NCBI GenBank assembly: GCA_904378095.1
Contig: CAJFHE010000004.1
Coordinates: 3,588-67,587 of the forward strand
Length of the DNA: 64,000 nt
Direction of reading: 5' to 3'
DNA from: an uncultured Clostridia bacterium
GTDB lineage: Bacteria; Bacillota; Clostridia; TANB77; CAG-508
The notes beneath the pieces are model-generated. The model was not told where the DNA came from and did not search any database. It saw nothing but the letters and a program-made list of their open reading frames with translations. The translations under genes and the position numbers were made by a program. How positions within the stretch are numbered: the first letter of the stretch is position 1; each line of letters begins with the position of its first letter. Positions 41,286-52,900 of this stretch are shown piece after piece.

Positions 41286-42752
41286 ATGCTAAAAACAGAT
41301 ATAAAAGATGAATTAACATATATAGAAAAAGTGAAAAAAATAAATGAGGGAAAGAATTTAAAATATCATATTTTAACAATGGGATGCCAGTTAAACGAGA
41401 ATGACTCTGAAAAAATATGTGGAATGGTGGAGCAAATGGGATATACTAAAACAGATGATGTTATGGATGCTGATTTGGTTATCTACAATACTTGTTGCGT
41501 AAGAGAGAATGCAGAGGAGAGGCTTTTTGGAAAGCTAGGCGAGGTAAAAAAGTTAAAAGAAGCTAAAGGGACGATTATTGCTATTGGCGGATGTATGATG
41601 CAAGAAAAGCACATTGTGGATAAAATTAAAAAGAGTTATTCATATGATGTGATATTTGGAACTCATACATTAAAGAATTTTCCAAAAGATTTATATGATG
41701 CCATTTTAGAAAGAAAGAAAATTACAGATATTTTAGATATTGACGGAGAGATAATTGAAGGATTGCCAATCAAGAGGAATGATAATATCAGAGCTTCTGT
41801 TACTATAATGAATGGATGTAACAATTTCTGTACATATTGTATTGTGCCTTATGTACGTGGCAGAGAAAGAAGTAGAGCTCCAGAAGATATTTTAAATGAA
41901 GTAAGAAAATTGGCTCAAGAAGGTTACAAGGAGATAACTTTGTTGGGGCAAAATGTGAATTCATACATGCGTGTGGAAAGAGAAAAGTTTAAACAGAGCA
42001 TTAAAGATGAAAGCGATAATGTAGAAAAAAGTTCTAGTGCAGGACAAAGAAATTCTATAAATGAAATTGACTCTTTTGCTAAACTTTTAAGAGCAGTAAA
42101 TGAAATTCCAGGAATTGAGAAAATACGCTTTATTTCTCCACATCCAAAAGATTTTACAGATGATGTAATAGAAGCAATACGCGACTGTAGTAAGGTATCT
42201 AAGTTTATTCATTTACCATTACAGTCTGGAAGTACAGAAGTACTAAAGGTAATGAATCGTGTATATACAAAAGAGCAGTACTTGGAACTAGTAGAAAAAA
42301 TGAAAAAGAAAATATCAAATGTTAAATTTTCTACGGACATAATTGTGGGATTTCCTGGCGAGACAGAAGAGGATTTTGAGGATACATTAGATGTGGTAAG
42401 AAAAGTGAAGTTTGAGCAAATATTTATGTTTATCTATTCTAGAAGGGTAGGAACACCGGCAGATAAAATGGAAAATCAAATTCCAGAGGAGATAAAGCAT
42501 AAGCGTTTTGACAGATTAAAATCACTGTATGAAGAAATTTTAAAAGAAAATAACCACGAGTACATTGGCAAAGTGGAGCAGATTTTAATAGAAGGATATA
42601 GCAAAACAAATAAAGAGCTACTTACCGGAAGAACAGATACTAATAAAGTTGTTGTACTAGAAGGAGATGGTAGTTTAATAGGAAAAGTAATACCAGTAAA
42701 AATAGTTTCAGAGCATATGTGGTATTTAAAAGGAGAAAGTAATATCAAATAG
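41286..42752 (+). CDS. miaB: tRNA-i6A37 methylthiotransferase MiaB
   Basis: MTTase N-terminus (three Cys) and radical-SAM CxxxCxxC (CNNFCTYC); TRAM C-terminus. Confidence 0.9.
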   Translation: MLKTDIKDELTYIEKVKKINEGKNLKYHILTMGCQLNENDSEKICGMVEQMGYTKTDDVMDADLVIYNTCCVRENAEERLFGKLGEVKKLKEAKGTIIAIGGCMMQEKHIVDKIKKSYSYDVIFGTHTLKNFPKDLYDAILERKKITDILDIDGEIIEGLPIKRNDNIRASVTIMNGCNNFCTYCIVPYVRGRERSRAPEDILNEVRKLAQEGYKEITLLGQNVNSYMRVEREKFKQSIKDESDNVEKSSSAGQRNSINEIDSFAKLLRAVNEIPGIEKIRFISPHPKDFTDDVIEAIRDCSKVSKFIHLPLQSGSTEVLKVMNRVYTKEQYLELVEKMKKKISNVKFSTDIIVGFPGETEEDFEDTLDVVRKVKFEQIFMFIYSRRVGTPADKMENQIPEEIKHKRFDRLKSLYEEILKENNHEYIGKVEQILIEGYSKTNKELLTGRTDTNKVVVLEGDGSLIGKVIPVKIVSEHMWYLKGESNIK

Positions 42753-42767
42753 AAAGAAGGAATAAAC

Positions 42768-45383
42768 ATGTCAGAATACACACCAATGATGCAACATTAT
42801 TTAGATATGAAGGAAAAATATAAGGATTGCATTTTATTTTATAGATTAGGGGATTTTTACGAGATGTTCTTCGATGATGCGATTAACGTATCAAGAGAGC
42901 TAGAGCTTACATTAACAGGAAAGGATTGTGGAAAGGAAGAAAGAGCACCTATGTGCGGAATACCATTCCATGCAGCAGATACCTACATCGCAAGATTAAT
43001 TTCGAAGGGGTATAAAGTGGCGATATGTGAGCAGCTAGAAGACCCTAAGTTCGCAAAAGGTATGGTAAAAAGGGATGTTATTAGGGTAGTAACACCGGGC
43101 ACAGTAATGGAAGCAAACTTGCTAGAGGATAAGAAAAACAACTACATTATGTGCATATATAAAAATGGGATTTATTTTGGGGTTACGGTTTGTGATATAA
43201 CAACTGGTGACCTTAGGACAACTGAAATCAAAGAAAGCAATAATTTTGCGGTGCTACTTGACGAAATATCTAAATATTCTCCAGCAGAACTTGTTGTAAA
43301 TCCTATGTTGTTTGATTGCTCTGAAGAAATGAATAAAATAAAAGAAAGATTTGATATTTATGTTACAAGATTAGAAGAAAAAGAATTTACAGATAATTAT
43401 GAAGCTTTATCAGAAAAATATAAAATAGTTGATGATGAAGATAGTACAGTAGAAAATATCTCAAATTATATGTTATCGGTTGCTTCAACTAATGCGCTTT
43501 TTGCATATTTGTTGGAAACACAAAAAAATAATTTGGACCATATCAACAAAATAATAGTGTACAGCACTACTAAGTACATGGCGCTTGATATTAATGCCAG
43601 AAGAAATTTGGAAATTACAGAGAAATTAAGAGATAAATCTAAAAAGGGAACTCTTTTATGGGTATTGGATAAATCTGCAACAGCCATGGGCGGACGAATG
43701 ATTAGAAGATGGCTTAACAATCCATTAATAGATGTAAAGCAAATTAATAAAAGATTAGATGCAGTTCAAGAATTAAAAGATAACATTATTCTAAGGGGAG
43801 ATATTGCAGATAATTTAAAAAAGGTATATGATATGGAAAGGTTAGCTTCTAAAATTTCTTATGGAAGTGCAAATGGTAGAGATTTAATATCATTAAAAAA
43901 TTCTGCAAAGCAATTGCCAGAAATAAAGAAAATATTAGCAGGTACGAAATCTGCCATGCTACAAGAACTTTATAGCGAGTTAGACGTTTTAGAGGATGTA
44001 TATGAATTAATAGACAAAACTATTGTAGAGGAGCCACCAGTTAGTGTTAAAGAAGGCGGACTTATTAAGGTAGGATATGATGAAGAAATAGACAAATTAA
44101 AAACTGCAACTACAGATGGCAAAAACTGGATAATCCAATTGGAGGCAGAAGAAAGAGAAAAGACTGGAATAAAAGGCTTGAAAGTAGGATTTAACAAGGT
44201 GTTTGGCTACTACATAGAAGTAACAAAGTCAAATATGTCATTAGTTCCAGATAGATACATTAGAAAGCAGACACTAACAAATGGAGAAAGATACATTACA
44301 GAAGAGCTTAAAAATCTAGAAAATCAAATATTAGGAGCAGAAGAAAAAGTTGTAAACTTAGAGTATAATGTATTTGTTGAAGTAAGAGATAAAATAGAAG
44401 CACAACTAGAAAGATTGCAAAAATCAGCGGGAATAGTTGCTATGCTAGACGCACTTTGCTCATTTGCAACTATAGCAGAAGACCAAAACTATGTAAGACC
44501 AACTGTTGACAATAATGGAGTTATAGATATAAAAGATGGACGCCATCCTGTTATTGAGAAAATTTTACCTAGTGGAAGTTTTGTTCAAAATGATACATAT
44601 TTGGACAAAGAAGAGAATAGACTAGCTATTATAACAGGTCCAAACATGGCAGGAAAATCAACTTATATGAGACAGGTCGCTTTAATTACACTAATGGCAC
44701 AGGTTGGCAGCTTTGTACCAGCAAGTAGTGCTACAATTGGTGTGGTAGATAAAATCTTCACAAGAGTTGGCGCATCAGACGATTTAAGTATGGGACAAAG
44801 TACATTTATGGTAGAAATGATGGAAGTGGCACAAATACTAAAAGAAGCAACTGAGAACAGTTTAGTTATATTAGATGAAATAGGAAGAGGAACATCAACA
44901 TATGACGGACTTTCAATCGCTTGGGCAGTGGCAGAATACATTTCCGACAAAGAAAAATGCGGAGCAAAAACACTATTTGCAACACATTACCATGAGCTAA
45001 CTGGTTTGGAAAACAAACTAGAGGGAGTAAAAAATTACTCAGTAGCAGTAAAAGAAAAAGGCGAAGATGTTATTTTCCTAAGAAAAATAGTAAAAGGCGG
45101 AACAGACGAGAGCTATGGTGTACACGTTGCAAAACTTGCAGGAGTTCCACAAGTTGTTACAAAAAGAGCAAATGAAATATTAAAATCAATAGAGAGAAAA
45201 AATGTATTAAACAATAAAAAAATAGAAAAGCAAGAAAAAGGGGTTGCAGAGGGACAACTTACAATGTATAATTATAAACTAGCAGAGATTGCACATGAAT
45301 TAGATAAAGTTGACGTAAATGACATAACTCCAATAGAAGCGTTAAATACTTTAGTGAAGATTAAGGAAAAAATGTCGTCATAG
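42768..45383 (+). CDS. mutS: DNA mismatch repair protein MutS; last codons MSS and the stop come from repeat A copy 6; no mutL downstream
   Basis: 871 aa; Walker A GPNMAGKST; ST(F/Y)MxEM motif. Confidence 0.9.
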   Translation: MSEYTPMMQHYLDMKEKYKDCILFYRLGDFYEMFFDDAINVSRELELTLTGKDCGKEERAPMCGIPFHAADTYIARLISKGYKVAICEQLEDPKFAKGMVKRDVIRVVTPGTVMEANLLEDKKNNYIMCIYKNGIYFGVTVCDITTGDLRTTEIKESNNFAVLLDEISKYSPAELVVNPMLFDCSEEMNKIKERFDIYVTRLEEKEFTDNYEALSEKYKIVDDEDSTVENISNYMLSVASTNALFAYLLETQKNNLDHINKIIVYSTTKYMALDINARRNLEITEKLRDKSKKGTLLWVLDKSATAMGGRMIRRWLNNPLIDVKQINKRLDAVQELKDNIILRGDIADNLKKVYDMERLASKISYGSANGRDLISLKNSAKQLPEIKKILAGTKSAMLQELYSELDVLEDVYELIDKTIVEEPPVSVKEGGLIKVGYDEEIDKLKTATTDGKNWIIQLEAEEREKTGIKGLKVGFNKVFGYYIEVTKSNMSLVPDRYIRKQTLTNGERYITEELKNLENQILGAEEKVVNLEYNVFVEVRDKIEAQLERLQKSAGIVAMLDALCSFATIAEDQNYVRPTVDNNGVIDIKDGRHPVIEKILPSGSFVQNDTYLDKEENRLAIITGPNMAGKSTYMRQVALITLMAQVGSFVPASSATIGVVDKIFTRVGASDDLSMGQSTFMVEMMEVAQILKEATENSLVILDEIGRGTSTYDGLSIAWAVAEYISDKEKCGAKTLFATHYHELTGLENKLEGVKNYSVAVKEKGEDVIFLRKIVKGGTDESYGVHVAKLAGVPQVVTKRANEILKSIERKNVLNNKKIEKQEKGVAEGQLTMYNYKLAEIAHELDKVDVNDITPIEALNTLVKIKEKMSS

Positions 45384-45428
45384 GGACAGGCCTAAAAACG
45401 ACAAAGTTGTCGCTTTGGGGACAGACCT
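45373..45428 (+). repeat. Repeat family A copy 6, reverse orientation
   Basis: TGTCGTCATAGGGACAGGCCTAAAAACGACAAAGTTGTCGCTTTGGGGACAGACCT. Confidence 0.85.
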
Positions 45429-45453
45429 AAATCTGCGTAACCAATTAGAAAGG

Positions 45454-47049
45454 ATGAATTTGATGAGAGCTATAGAAAAATTTAAGGAAGACACAAGCAA
45501 AAAAATACTTGCATGCAAGTATAAAAATGAGGTAAGAGCTTTAGATTTTGAGGTAGAAAACTTAGAGGATGTTGTACCAATAGATATAACAACTCGAGAT
45601 GGAAGAAGAGTTTATCAAAGAGGAATTCTATATATAATGGCTATGGCGTTTAATAGAGTCTATCCGAAAGCACTTCTTACAGTAAATTGCCAGCTTTCAA
45701 ATTCAATATACTGTAGTGTAGAAAACATGAAAGTAACAAATGAAATGATTAACAATATAAAAAACGAAATGCAAGATATTGTAGATAGTGATTTACCTAT
45801 AAAGAAGATAGAAATGACGAAGGAAGAAGCGGAAAAGTTTTATCAAAAGGAAAAGACTTTAAGAGGAAGACTTCAATTGGATAACAAATACAAAGATGAA
45901 GTCTCACTATATTTCTGTGAGGACTATTACAACTATTTCTACGGGGTAATGCCAATATCTACAGGGTATATCAATTTGTTTGATGTGGTAAAATATCATG
46001 ACGGATTTTTGTTAAGATACCCGGATAAAAAGACTCCAAACAAAATTGATAAATATGTAGAAACGAAAAAGTTGCTTCATACTTTGGAAGAATACGAGGA
46101 TATTCATAGAGTATTGGATATAAATACAATTTACAAATTGAACAAAAAGATAGAAGAAGGAGGAGAAAAAGAGCTAATCCTTCTTGCAGAAGCATTACAC
46201 GAAAAGAAAATTTCAGATATTGCAGATAAAATAGTTAGAAGAAAAGGTATAAAAATAATTTTGATTGCAGGTCCATCATCTTCAGGAAAAACTACATTTG
46301 CACAAAGATTAGGAATTCAATTGAAATTAAATGGAATTAAACCTCTTACTATTTCGGTTGATAATTATTTTGTTGAAAGGGAGCAAACGCCTAAAGATGA
46401 AAATGGAAATTATAATTTTGAATGTTTGGAGGCTATTGATTTAAATTTATTCAATGATCATTTGTGTAAATTGCTAAAAGGAGAAGAAATAGAACTTCCT
46501 ACATTTGATTTTAAAACAGGAAGAAAACATTATAATGGCGAAAAAATGCGAATGAGAAACAACGAAGTCTTGGTAATAGAGGGAATTCATTGCTTAAATG
46601 ATAAGCTTACTGAAGCTATACCAAAAGAGCAAAAATATAAAATATATATAAGTGCGCTAACTGTGCTAAATATAGACTACTATAATAGAATTTCTACAAC
46701 GGATACAAGATTAATACGTAGACTAGTCAGGGATTATAATTTCAGAGGATATGAGGCTCTACACACATTGCAAAATTGGGATATGGTAAATAGAGGAGAG
46801 GAAAATTATATTTTCCCATTTCAAGAGGATGCAGATAGCATGTTCAATACTTCTCTTATTTATGAAATATCCGTTCTTAAAAAGTATGCAATGCCACTTT
46901 TGAAAGCAATTGATAATACTCATCCAGAATATTCAGAAGCAAAGAGTTTATATGAATTGTTAAAATATTTTGACGATATTGGAGATGAATATATACCTAA
47001 AAATTCGTTGCTTAGAGAGTTTATAGGTGGAAGCATCTTTAATGTGTGA
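45454..47049 (+). CDS. uridine kinase/phosphoribulokinase-family nucleoside kinase with an N-terminal TGS-like extension; start at 45454 or 45463
   Basis: P-loop GPSSSGKTT; long form of about 530 aa common in Clostridia. Confidence 0.7.
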   Translation: MNLMRAIEKFKEDTSKKILACKYKNEVRALDFEVENLEDVVPIDITTRDGRRVYQRGILYIMAMAFNRVYPKALLTVNCQLSNSIYCSVENMKVTNEMINNIKNEMQDIVDSDLPIKKIEMTKEEAEKFYQKEKTLRGRLQLDNKYKDEVSLYFCEDYYNYFYGVMPISTGYINLFDVVKYHDGFLLRYPDKKTPNKIDKYVETKKLLHTLEEYEDIHRVLDINTIYKLNKKIEEGGEKELILLAEALHEKKISDIADKIVRRKGIKIILIAGPSSSGKTTFAQRLGIQLKLNGIKPLTISVDNYFVEREQTPKDENGNYNFECLEAIDLNLFNDHLCKLLKGEEIELPTFDFKTGRKHYNGEKMRMRNNEVLVIEGIHCLNDKLTEAIPKEQKYKIYISALTVLNIDYYNRISTTDTRLIRRLVRDYNFRGYEALHTLQNWDMVNRGEENYIFPFQEDADSMFNTSLIYEISVLKKYAMPLLKAIDNTHPEYSEAKSLYELLKYFDDIGDEYIPKNSLLREFIGGSIFNV

Positions 47050-47068
47050 TATGCAAAAGGGAGAGAAG

Positions 47069-47377
47069 ATGGGAAGAAAATTTACAGAAATAGATGAAGA
47101 ATTTGTTTGTGAAAATTGTGGAGAAAAAGTAAAGCCACTTGGATATTCATGTAGGAACCATTGCCCAAAGTGCCTGTGCTCAAAGCATGTTGATGTAAAT
47201 CCAGGAGATAGAGAAGAAACATGTCATGGTTTGCTTGAGCCAATTGGAGTAGAGTTGGACAGCAAAAAAGGATATGTAATAATTTTTAGATGTAAAAAAT
47301 GTGGTGCAATAAGAAGAAATAAAGCTGCAAAAGATGATAACATGGATTTGATTATCAAACTAACTGCAAGACATTAA
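47069..47377 (+). CDS. RNHCP-domain zinc-ribbon protein
   Basis: CENCG...CRNHCPKC...CKKCG motif set. Confidence 0.7.
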   Translation: MGRKFTEIDEEFVCENCGEKVKPLGYSCRNHCPKCLCSKHVDVNPGDREETCHGLLEPIGVELDSKKGYVIIFRCKKCGAIRRNKAAKDDNMDLIIKLTARH

Positions 47378-47383
47378 AAAAAT

Positions 47384-47440
47384 AAACAAAAGGACGGCCC
47401 ATTGCTCTGGAAATAGAGTGATGGAGCCGTCTGTTTATTT
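47384..47440. terminator. bidirectional rho-independent terminator between the RNHCP gene and the U32 gene
   Basis: GGACGGCCCAT...ATGGAGCCGTC stem flanked by A/T runs on both sides. Confidence 0.7.
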
Positions 47441-49960
47441 TATACATCTCTATTTAAGTTACCATATGTAAATTGTTTTCCTTCTAGTTTTTCTTTGTTG
47501 TAAGAGGATTTAGCTATTAAATTAATTTCCTCTATTGACTCATCTAATAAATCAATGCGAAGAGAAGAAATACCAGTGTCTACATTTGTTATGCAAGTTG
47601 TTTTACTATTAAATATTGTTGTTACCGTTTGTATATTATCTGGAAGAATTCTAAATTCAAATCCGAAGTCTATCTCTCAAATAATATTTATTTGATGTAG
47701 AGCAGCGCACTTGACAAGTTGGATAGCATTTATTTGCACATCCTAATAAACAGTAATTCATTTTCATTATAGGAGTATTTCCATATACTATCATTTCTAA
47801 AGGAATGTGACTTTTTTCAGCATCAACAATATTGTTTATATCATCTATATTTAATTCGGGCGAAAGAGTAATCTTATCTATTCCTAAATTTCTGTAATTA
47901 TTAATAGTACTTACATTAAAAGAATTTAGCGTAAAATTGCCAATGAATTCGTATTTATTTCGATATTTATCTAATAAAATGAGGTCACCCAAACTGGAAA
48001 TGATAAATCCTGCAATATTATATTGCTTAATTAGTCCTTCTAATTCATGTTTTAATACGTTTTTATAGTTTGTTTTCACAATGGCTGGCATGTATATGTA
48101 TGTTTTAAAATTAGAAGTAATACTTTCAAGGGCTTTAGCATAATCTTTTCTCATAAAATAGCGCAAAGGAATATATACGCATGAAATATATTTCTTAGAC
48201 AATTTGTTATAGTCTAGCTCAGGATTAATAATATTTAAATATACTGCAATTGATTTGTCCCCTGTGAGCTTAGAGCCATCATCTAAACGAGTATTTCCAG
48301 ATGAAATTTTAAATTTTTTAGCAAACCCTGATAAATATTTTTCGTAAAGATTATCTAATTTAATCTCATCAAAATCAGTAGCTCTCTTATTTTTTTGTAT
48401 TATCATATTTTCTAATTTTGAAATGGCCATTCTTCTAATTTCGTTAAGCTCTTTTATGCTAGGTATAAACACATCATCTTCTAGCTCGACATTTATTTCT
48501 GCAAATTCAAAAGGAGTATCATTCGTTTTGCAAACTTGCGAGATTATTCTATCCTTACTAATTGGGTTATTTAAAGCTTTTTCTGGTATTAATGTAGATT
48601 GGATTTTCACATTAATGTTCTTGTATAATTTATAATTTAAATTTTGCAAAGATACTTCCATGACAATTGGCTCATCTTTTTTGACACTAATATTACATTT
48701 TAATGGAAGTTTTATTTTCTCATTAGAGTACGACTGCTTAGCAACGTCCAACAACTCTTTACTGGACAATTTATAAATCTTATCTCCCACATGGATGTTT
48801 CCTTTCATTCTTCCAATAACTACTTTTTGACCAACTTCAGCATGTGGTATGTTGGAATTATTTAGCATTAACTCGGATATAGTATATTTTGTATTTTCTT
48901 TTTCAAAATTAATACTATCTCCTATTGCAAGTTTTTCGTTTAATAATACTTTTATGTGGCCTTTAGCTTTGTTATATCCTGCAACATTTCCTATATATAA
49001 TCCCATATTATTAGGTTTTTCTTTAAAAACCAAATCATGATTTGAATGATTTGATAAGTGTCCAGAAGAAAATCCGCCTCTATTAAATATTTGTTTTAAA
49101 TCTTTAATGTCTTTTTCATCAACAATATATTCTTCATCATTTAGAACCATGTCGATGTACTTTCTGTATATTCGTGTTACTGTTGCAACATATTCTGGAG
49201 ATTTTAATCTTCCTTCAATTTTAAAGCACTTTACACCTGCTTTTATTAATTGTGGAATAAACTCAAGAGAGCATAAATCTCTAGGACTAATTAAATAGCC
49301 TTTGTCAATAACCGATTCCGAGGTTTTAGTATTTGAGCTTTTTTCTTCAACTAATTCATATGGAAGTCTACATGGTTGGGCACATCTGCCGCGGTTTCCA
49401 GAGCGACCACCCACCATACTAGAAAAGAAGCATTGACCTGAGTATGATATACAAAGTGCACCATGTACAAAAGTTTCAATTTCTATATTGGAATTATTAC
49501 ATATAAACTCTATTTCCTGCATAGATAGCTCACGTGATAGAACTGCTCTAGAATATCCCAACTTTTCTAGCTCTTGTACTCCTTCTAAATTATGTATTGT
49601 CATCTGAGTACTTGCGTGTATAGGTAAATCTGGAAATAACTTCATTAAAAATTGTGCTAGTCCAACATCTTGAACGATTAACGCATCTATACCTAATTCA
49701 TAAGCTTTTTTAGCAACCATAACAGCTTCTTTAAATTCACTATCTTTTATAAGAATATTTAATGTTAGATGTGTTCTTACATTCCTTAAAGCACAGTAAT
49801 TTATTACTTTTTCAAGCTCGTCAAAATCAAAATTGGTAGCAGAAGCCCTAGCATTAAATAGGCTAGCACCAAAGTAAACACTATCAGCACCATTTTGAAC
49901 TGCTGCTTTTAAACATTCAAAATCACCTACAGGTGATAAAAGCTCAATATCAGATTTCAT
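47440..49960 (-). CDS. U32-family peptidase, long form, with a +1 frameshift at the in-frame CGG (plus-strand CCG at 47663-47665) before the conserved C-terminal domain
   Basis: N-terminal U32 motifs; the main ORF ends ...YYLRDRLRI*; skipping the C gives ...DRLGFEFRILPDNIQTVTTIFNSKTTCITNVDTGISSLRIDLLDES..., the conserved U32 C-terminal domain. Confidence 0.8.
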
Positions 49961-50183
49961 AATTAGATTTCATCCTTTCATGTTTTCTCTTATATTCTAA
50001 TTATATTATATAAAAAATAAAAAATCAACGAGTCTACGCAATTGGAAATGTACCGATTTTGCGCATTTTTCTGTAGATTAGTAAACTGTAACCAAAATCA
50101 ACTTTCTGCATATTTATATATAAATAACAAAGAGGATTGGGTTTACACAAAACTAATATTACCTCGGAAAGGAATGTAAACAT

Positions 50184-50336
50184 ATGCAAGAAGAAGAAAG
50201 AAATTGTGGATGCGGCTGCAACAATGGCGGATTTTTAGGTAATTTTTTTGGAGGATGTGGCTCAGGAGATAATAGCATATTATTCTTTATATTAATTTTC
50301 TTAATACTTTTCTGCAATTGTGGCTGCAACAGATAG
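50184..50336 (+). CDS. YjcZ-like small Gly/Cys-rich sporulation protein (50 aa), unannotated in the ORF track
   Basis: MQEEERNCGCGCNNGGFLGNFFGGCGSGDNSILFFILIFLILFCNCGCNR; RBS AAAGGA; terminator hairpin follows. Confidence 0.55.
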   Translation: MQEEERNCGCGCNNGGFLGNFFGGCGSGDNSILFFILIFLILFCNCGCNR

Positions 50337-50462
50337 CAAAAAACGAGAGCATTAATTGCTTTCGTTTTTTGCTTGCTATGAAATTTTTATTGAATAATGC
50401 TTCAAATTCTTGACAAACGCTAAACATATTGATAATATTATGGTTGAAGAAATGAGGAGACC

Positions 50463-50969
50463 ATGATATATCCAAAAGAATATTTTAATAGTGTTAAAGA
50501 TATAAATATAGAATTATTGAATAAAAATAATATAAAGGGACTAATTTTAGATGTAGATAATACTTTGATAAACCTTGACAGAAAGATGCCTGCCGGAGTT
50601 TCTGACTGGGCAAGAAAATTAAAGGCAGAGGGCATAAAAATGTGTATTTTATCTAATAGTAACAAATTGGATAAAGTCGAAGCAGTTGCTAAGATAATTG
50701 ATGTGCCCTATATATTTTTTGGCAAGAAACCACTTAAATCAGGCTTTTTACGTGCAAGAGAGATTTTAAAATTGCCAAATGAAAACATTGCAGTTGTAGG
50801 GGACCAGATTTTGACTGATATTATAGGCGCTAATAGATGTGGCATGTTTTCTATCTTAGTAAAGCCAATTGAGGAAAAGGATTATTTAATAACAAGAATT
50901 AAAAGACCAATAGAAAAATTAATTATAAAAAGATTTGAAAAAAATAAAAGAAAAGAAAGCTTAAAATAA
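50463..50969 (+). CDS. YqeG-family HAD phosphatase
   Basis: DVDNTL HAD motif I; 168 aa. Confidence 0.75.
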   Translation: MIYPKEYFNSVKDINIELLNKNNIKGLILDVDNTLINLDRKMPAGVSDWARKLKAEGIKMCILSNSNKLDKVEAVAKIIDVPYIFFGKKPLKSGFLRAREILKLPNENIAVVGDQILTDIIGANRCGMFSILVKPIEEKDYLITRIKRPIEKLIIKRFEKNKRKESLK

Positions 50970-50986
50970 AACGGAGGAAAAATAAA

Positions 50987-51727
50987 ATGTACATTAATGA
51001 TATACATATATTAACATATGTGGTAGCAGGAATTATAGGATTATTGGTAGGACAATTTATAGATTGGTGCAATATTAGAATGCCAGAATACAAAAAAATA
51101 TTTTCAAAAGACTTTTTTAAGGAATATTTAAAAAATACTAAGCCAAAATATTTATTAATGGTAATTATAGCGGTATTATATATTTCGTTATTATACTTTA
51201 AAGGTATTACGATAGATACATTAAAGTTTATGCTTTTAATACCAATGCTGCTAAGTGCCTTTATAATAGATTTAAAACTACAAATTATACCAAATAGATT
51301 GACACTTACTATATTTGAAACAGGACTTGTATTTACTTTTATAGAAACATTAGTCGCACCAAATTTTGGAATAAGCATATTTGTTGATAGTATTTTAGGA
51401 ATGTTAGTAGGTGGAGGTATCTTCTTGCTTATAACATTAATTGGCGGAGCCATTGCAGGAAAAGAAGCAATGGGCTTTGGCGATGTTAAGCTAATGGGAG
51501 CTTTGGGGCTTTTCTTTGGATGGATAAACATGATACTTATTTCTGTAATGTCATTTTTGTTCGCAGCGGTTGTAAGCATTGTAATACTAATAGCTAGAAG
51601 GAAAAAGTTTAGCGAGTATATACCATTTGGACCATTTATAGTGGTTGCAAGTCTTATACCGATTTTTATAGAAACGACGGATTTAATATATGTCTTATTA
51701 AAAATATTTTCACTTGGCACTTATTAA
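50987..51727 (+). CDS. A24-family prepilin peptidase
   Basis: Polytopic membrane protein with GFGDVKLMGALG catalytic-Asp motif. Confidence 0.75.
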   Translation: MYINDIHILTYVVAGIIGLLVGQFIDWCNIRMPEYKKIFSKDFFKEYLKNTKPKYLLMVIIAVLYISLLYFKGITIDTLKFMLLIPMLLSAFIIDLKLQIIPNRLTLTIFETGLVFTFIETLVAPNFGISIFVDSILGMLVGGGIFLLITLIGGAIAGKEAMGFGDVKLMGALGLFFGWINMILISVMSFLFAAVVSIVILIARRKKFSEYIPFGPFIVVASLIPIFIETTDLIYVLLKIFSLGTY

Positions 51728-51763
51728 ATGTAGTAAAAAATGTATCATAAAAGGGGCGATTTT

Positions 51764-52834
51764 ATGAATCCTAAAATCAAATGGCTAAGAGATAAGATAA
51801 ATATGGAAAATATGCAGGGTATGATAATATCCAATCCTATAAATATTAGATATCTTACAGACATACAGGCAGAGGGAGTACTGCTAATTACAAGAAAAGA
51901 AAATTTTTTTATTACAGATAGTAGATATTTGGAAGATGTAAAGTCAACATTAACTATAAATGATGGGATTATAGTTAATGATATAGCGAATATCACTAGA
52001 GATGATTATGAAAATTTCTTTCTTTTTTGTGAAAATGTAGGATTTGAAGAAAACTATATTACCTATGCGACATATAAAAAATATATAGAAAGATATAAAA
52101 TAAATAATTTTGAAGAAACCGAAAATTTTATAGAAAAGCAACGTATGATTAAAGATGACGACGAGATAGGGCTAATTGAGAAAGCATGTTATATTACCGA
52201 TTTATGTTTTTCTCATTTATGTGATTATATAAAAATAGGAATGACAGAAAAAGAAATAGCTTATGAAATAGAGAAGTTCTTTAGAGACAATGGAGCAGAT
52301 GGACTAGCATTTGATACGATTGTGGCATCTGGGAAAAATTCTTCAAAGCCGCATGCTGTACCAACAGATAAAAAGATAGAAGCGGGAGATGCAATAACCA
52401 TTGATATGGGCTGCAAATACAAAGGATATTGCTCAGATATGACTAGAACTATTTTTGCTGGCTATGTTCCAGTTCAAATACAAAAAATTTATGATTTAGT
52501 GTTAAAAAACGAGTTACAAACATTAAAAGAATATAAAGATGGAGCTAGCATAAGAGTTATCTCAAAAATGGTAGAAAATGATTTTAAATTAAATGGATAC
52601 GATTTAATTCATAGTTTGGGACATGGAATTGGATTAGAAATTCATGAAATGCCTTATATAAATAGCAAAAACGATAATAGCTTAAAGGCAAACATGGTAG
52701 TGTCGAATGAGCCAGGAATATATATACCAGGAAGTTTTGGCGTCAGAATTGAGGACACGTGTTTAATTACAAAATCTGGATGTATAAATTTAACGAAATC
52801 TGACAAAAATTATATTATAGTGGATGAGGGTTGA
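51764..52834 (+). CDS. pepP: Xaa-Pro aminopeptidase (M24B)
   Basis: M24 metal ligands (D..D..H..E..E pattern; HSLGHGIGLEIHE). Confidence 0.85.
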   Translation: MNPKIKWLRDKINMENMQGMIISNPINIRYLTDIQAEGVLLITRKENFFITDSRYLEDVKSTLTINDGIIVNDIANITRDDYENFFLFCENVGFEENYITYATYKKYIERYKINNFEETENFIEKQRMIKDDDEIGLIEKACYITDLCFSHLCDYIKIGMTEKEIAYEIEKFFRDNGADGLAFDTIVASGKNSSKPHAVPTDKKIEAGDAITIDMGCKYKGYCSDMTRTIFAGYVPVQIQKIYDLVLKNELQTLKEYKDGASIRVISKMVENDFKLNGYDLIHSLGHGIGLEIHEMPYINSKNDNSLKANMVVSNEPGIYIPGSFGVRIEDTCLITKSGCINLTKSDKNYIIVDEG

Positions 52835-52900
52835 TTTTGTTAAAGAAATGTGGTAAAATAACAATGTTAAATTTATGTAAATTTGAAAGGAGTAATAATC

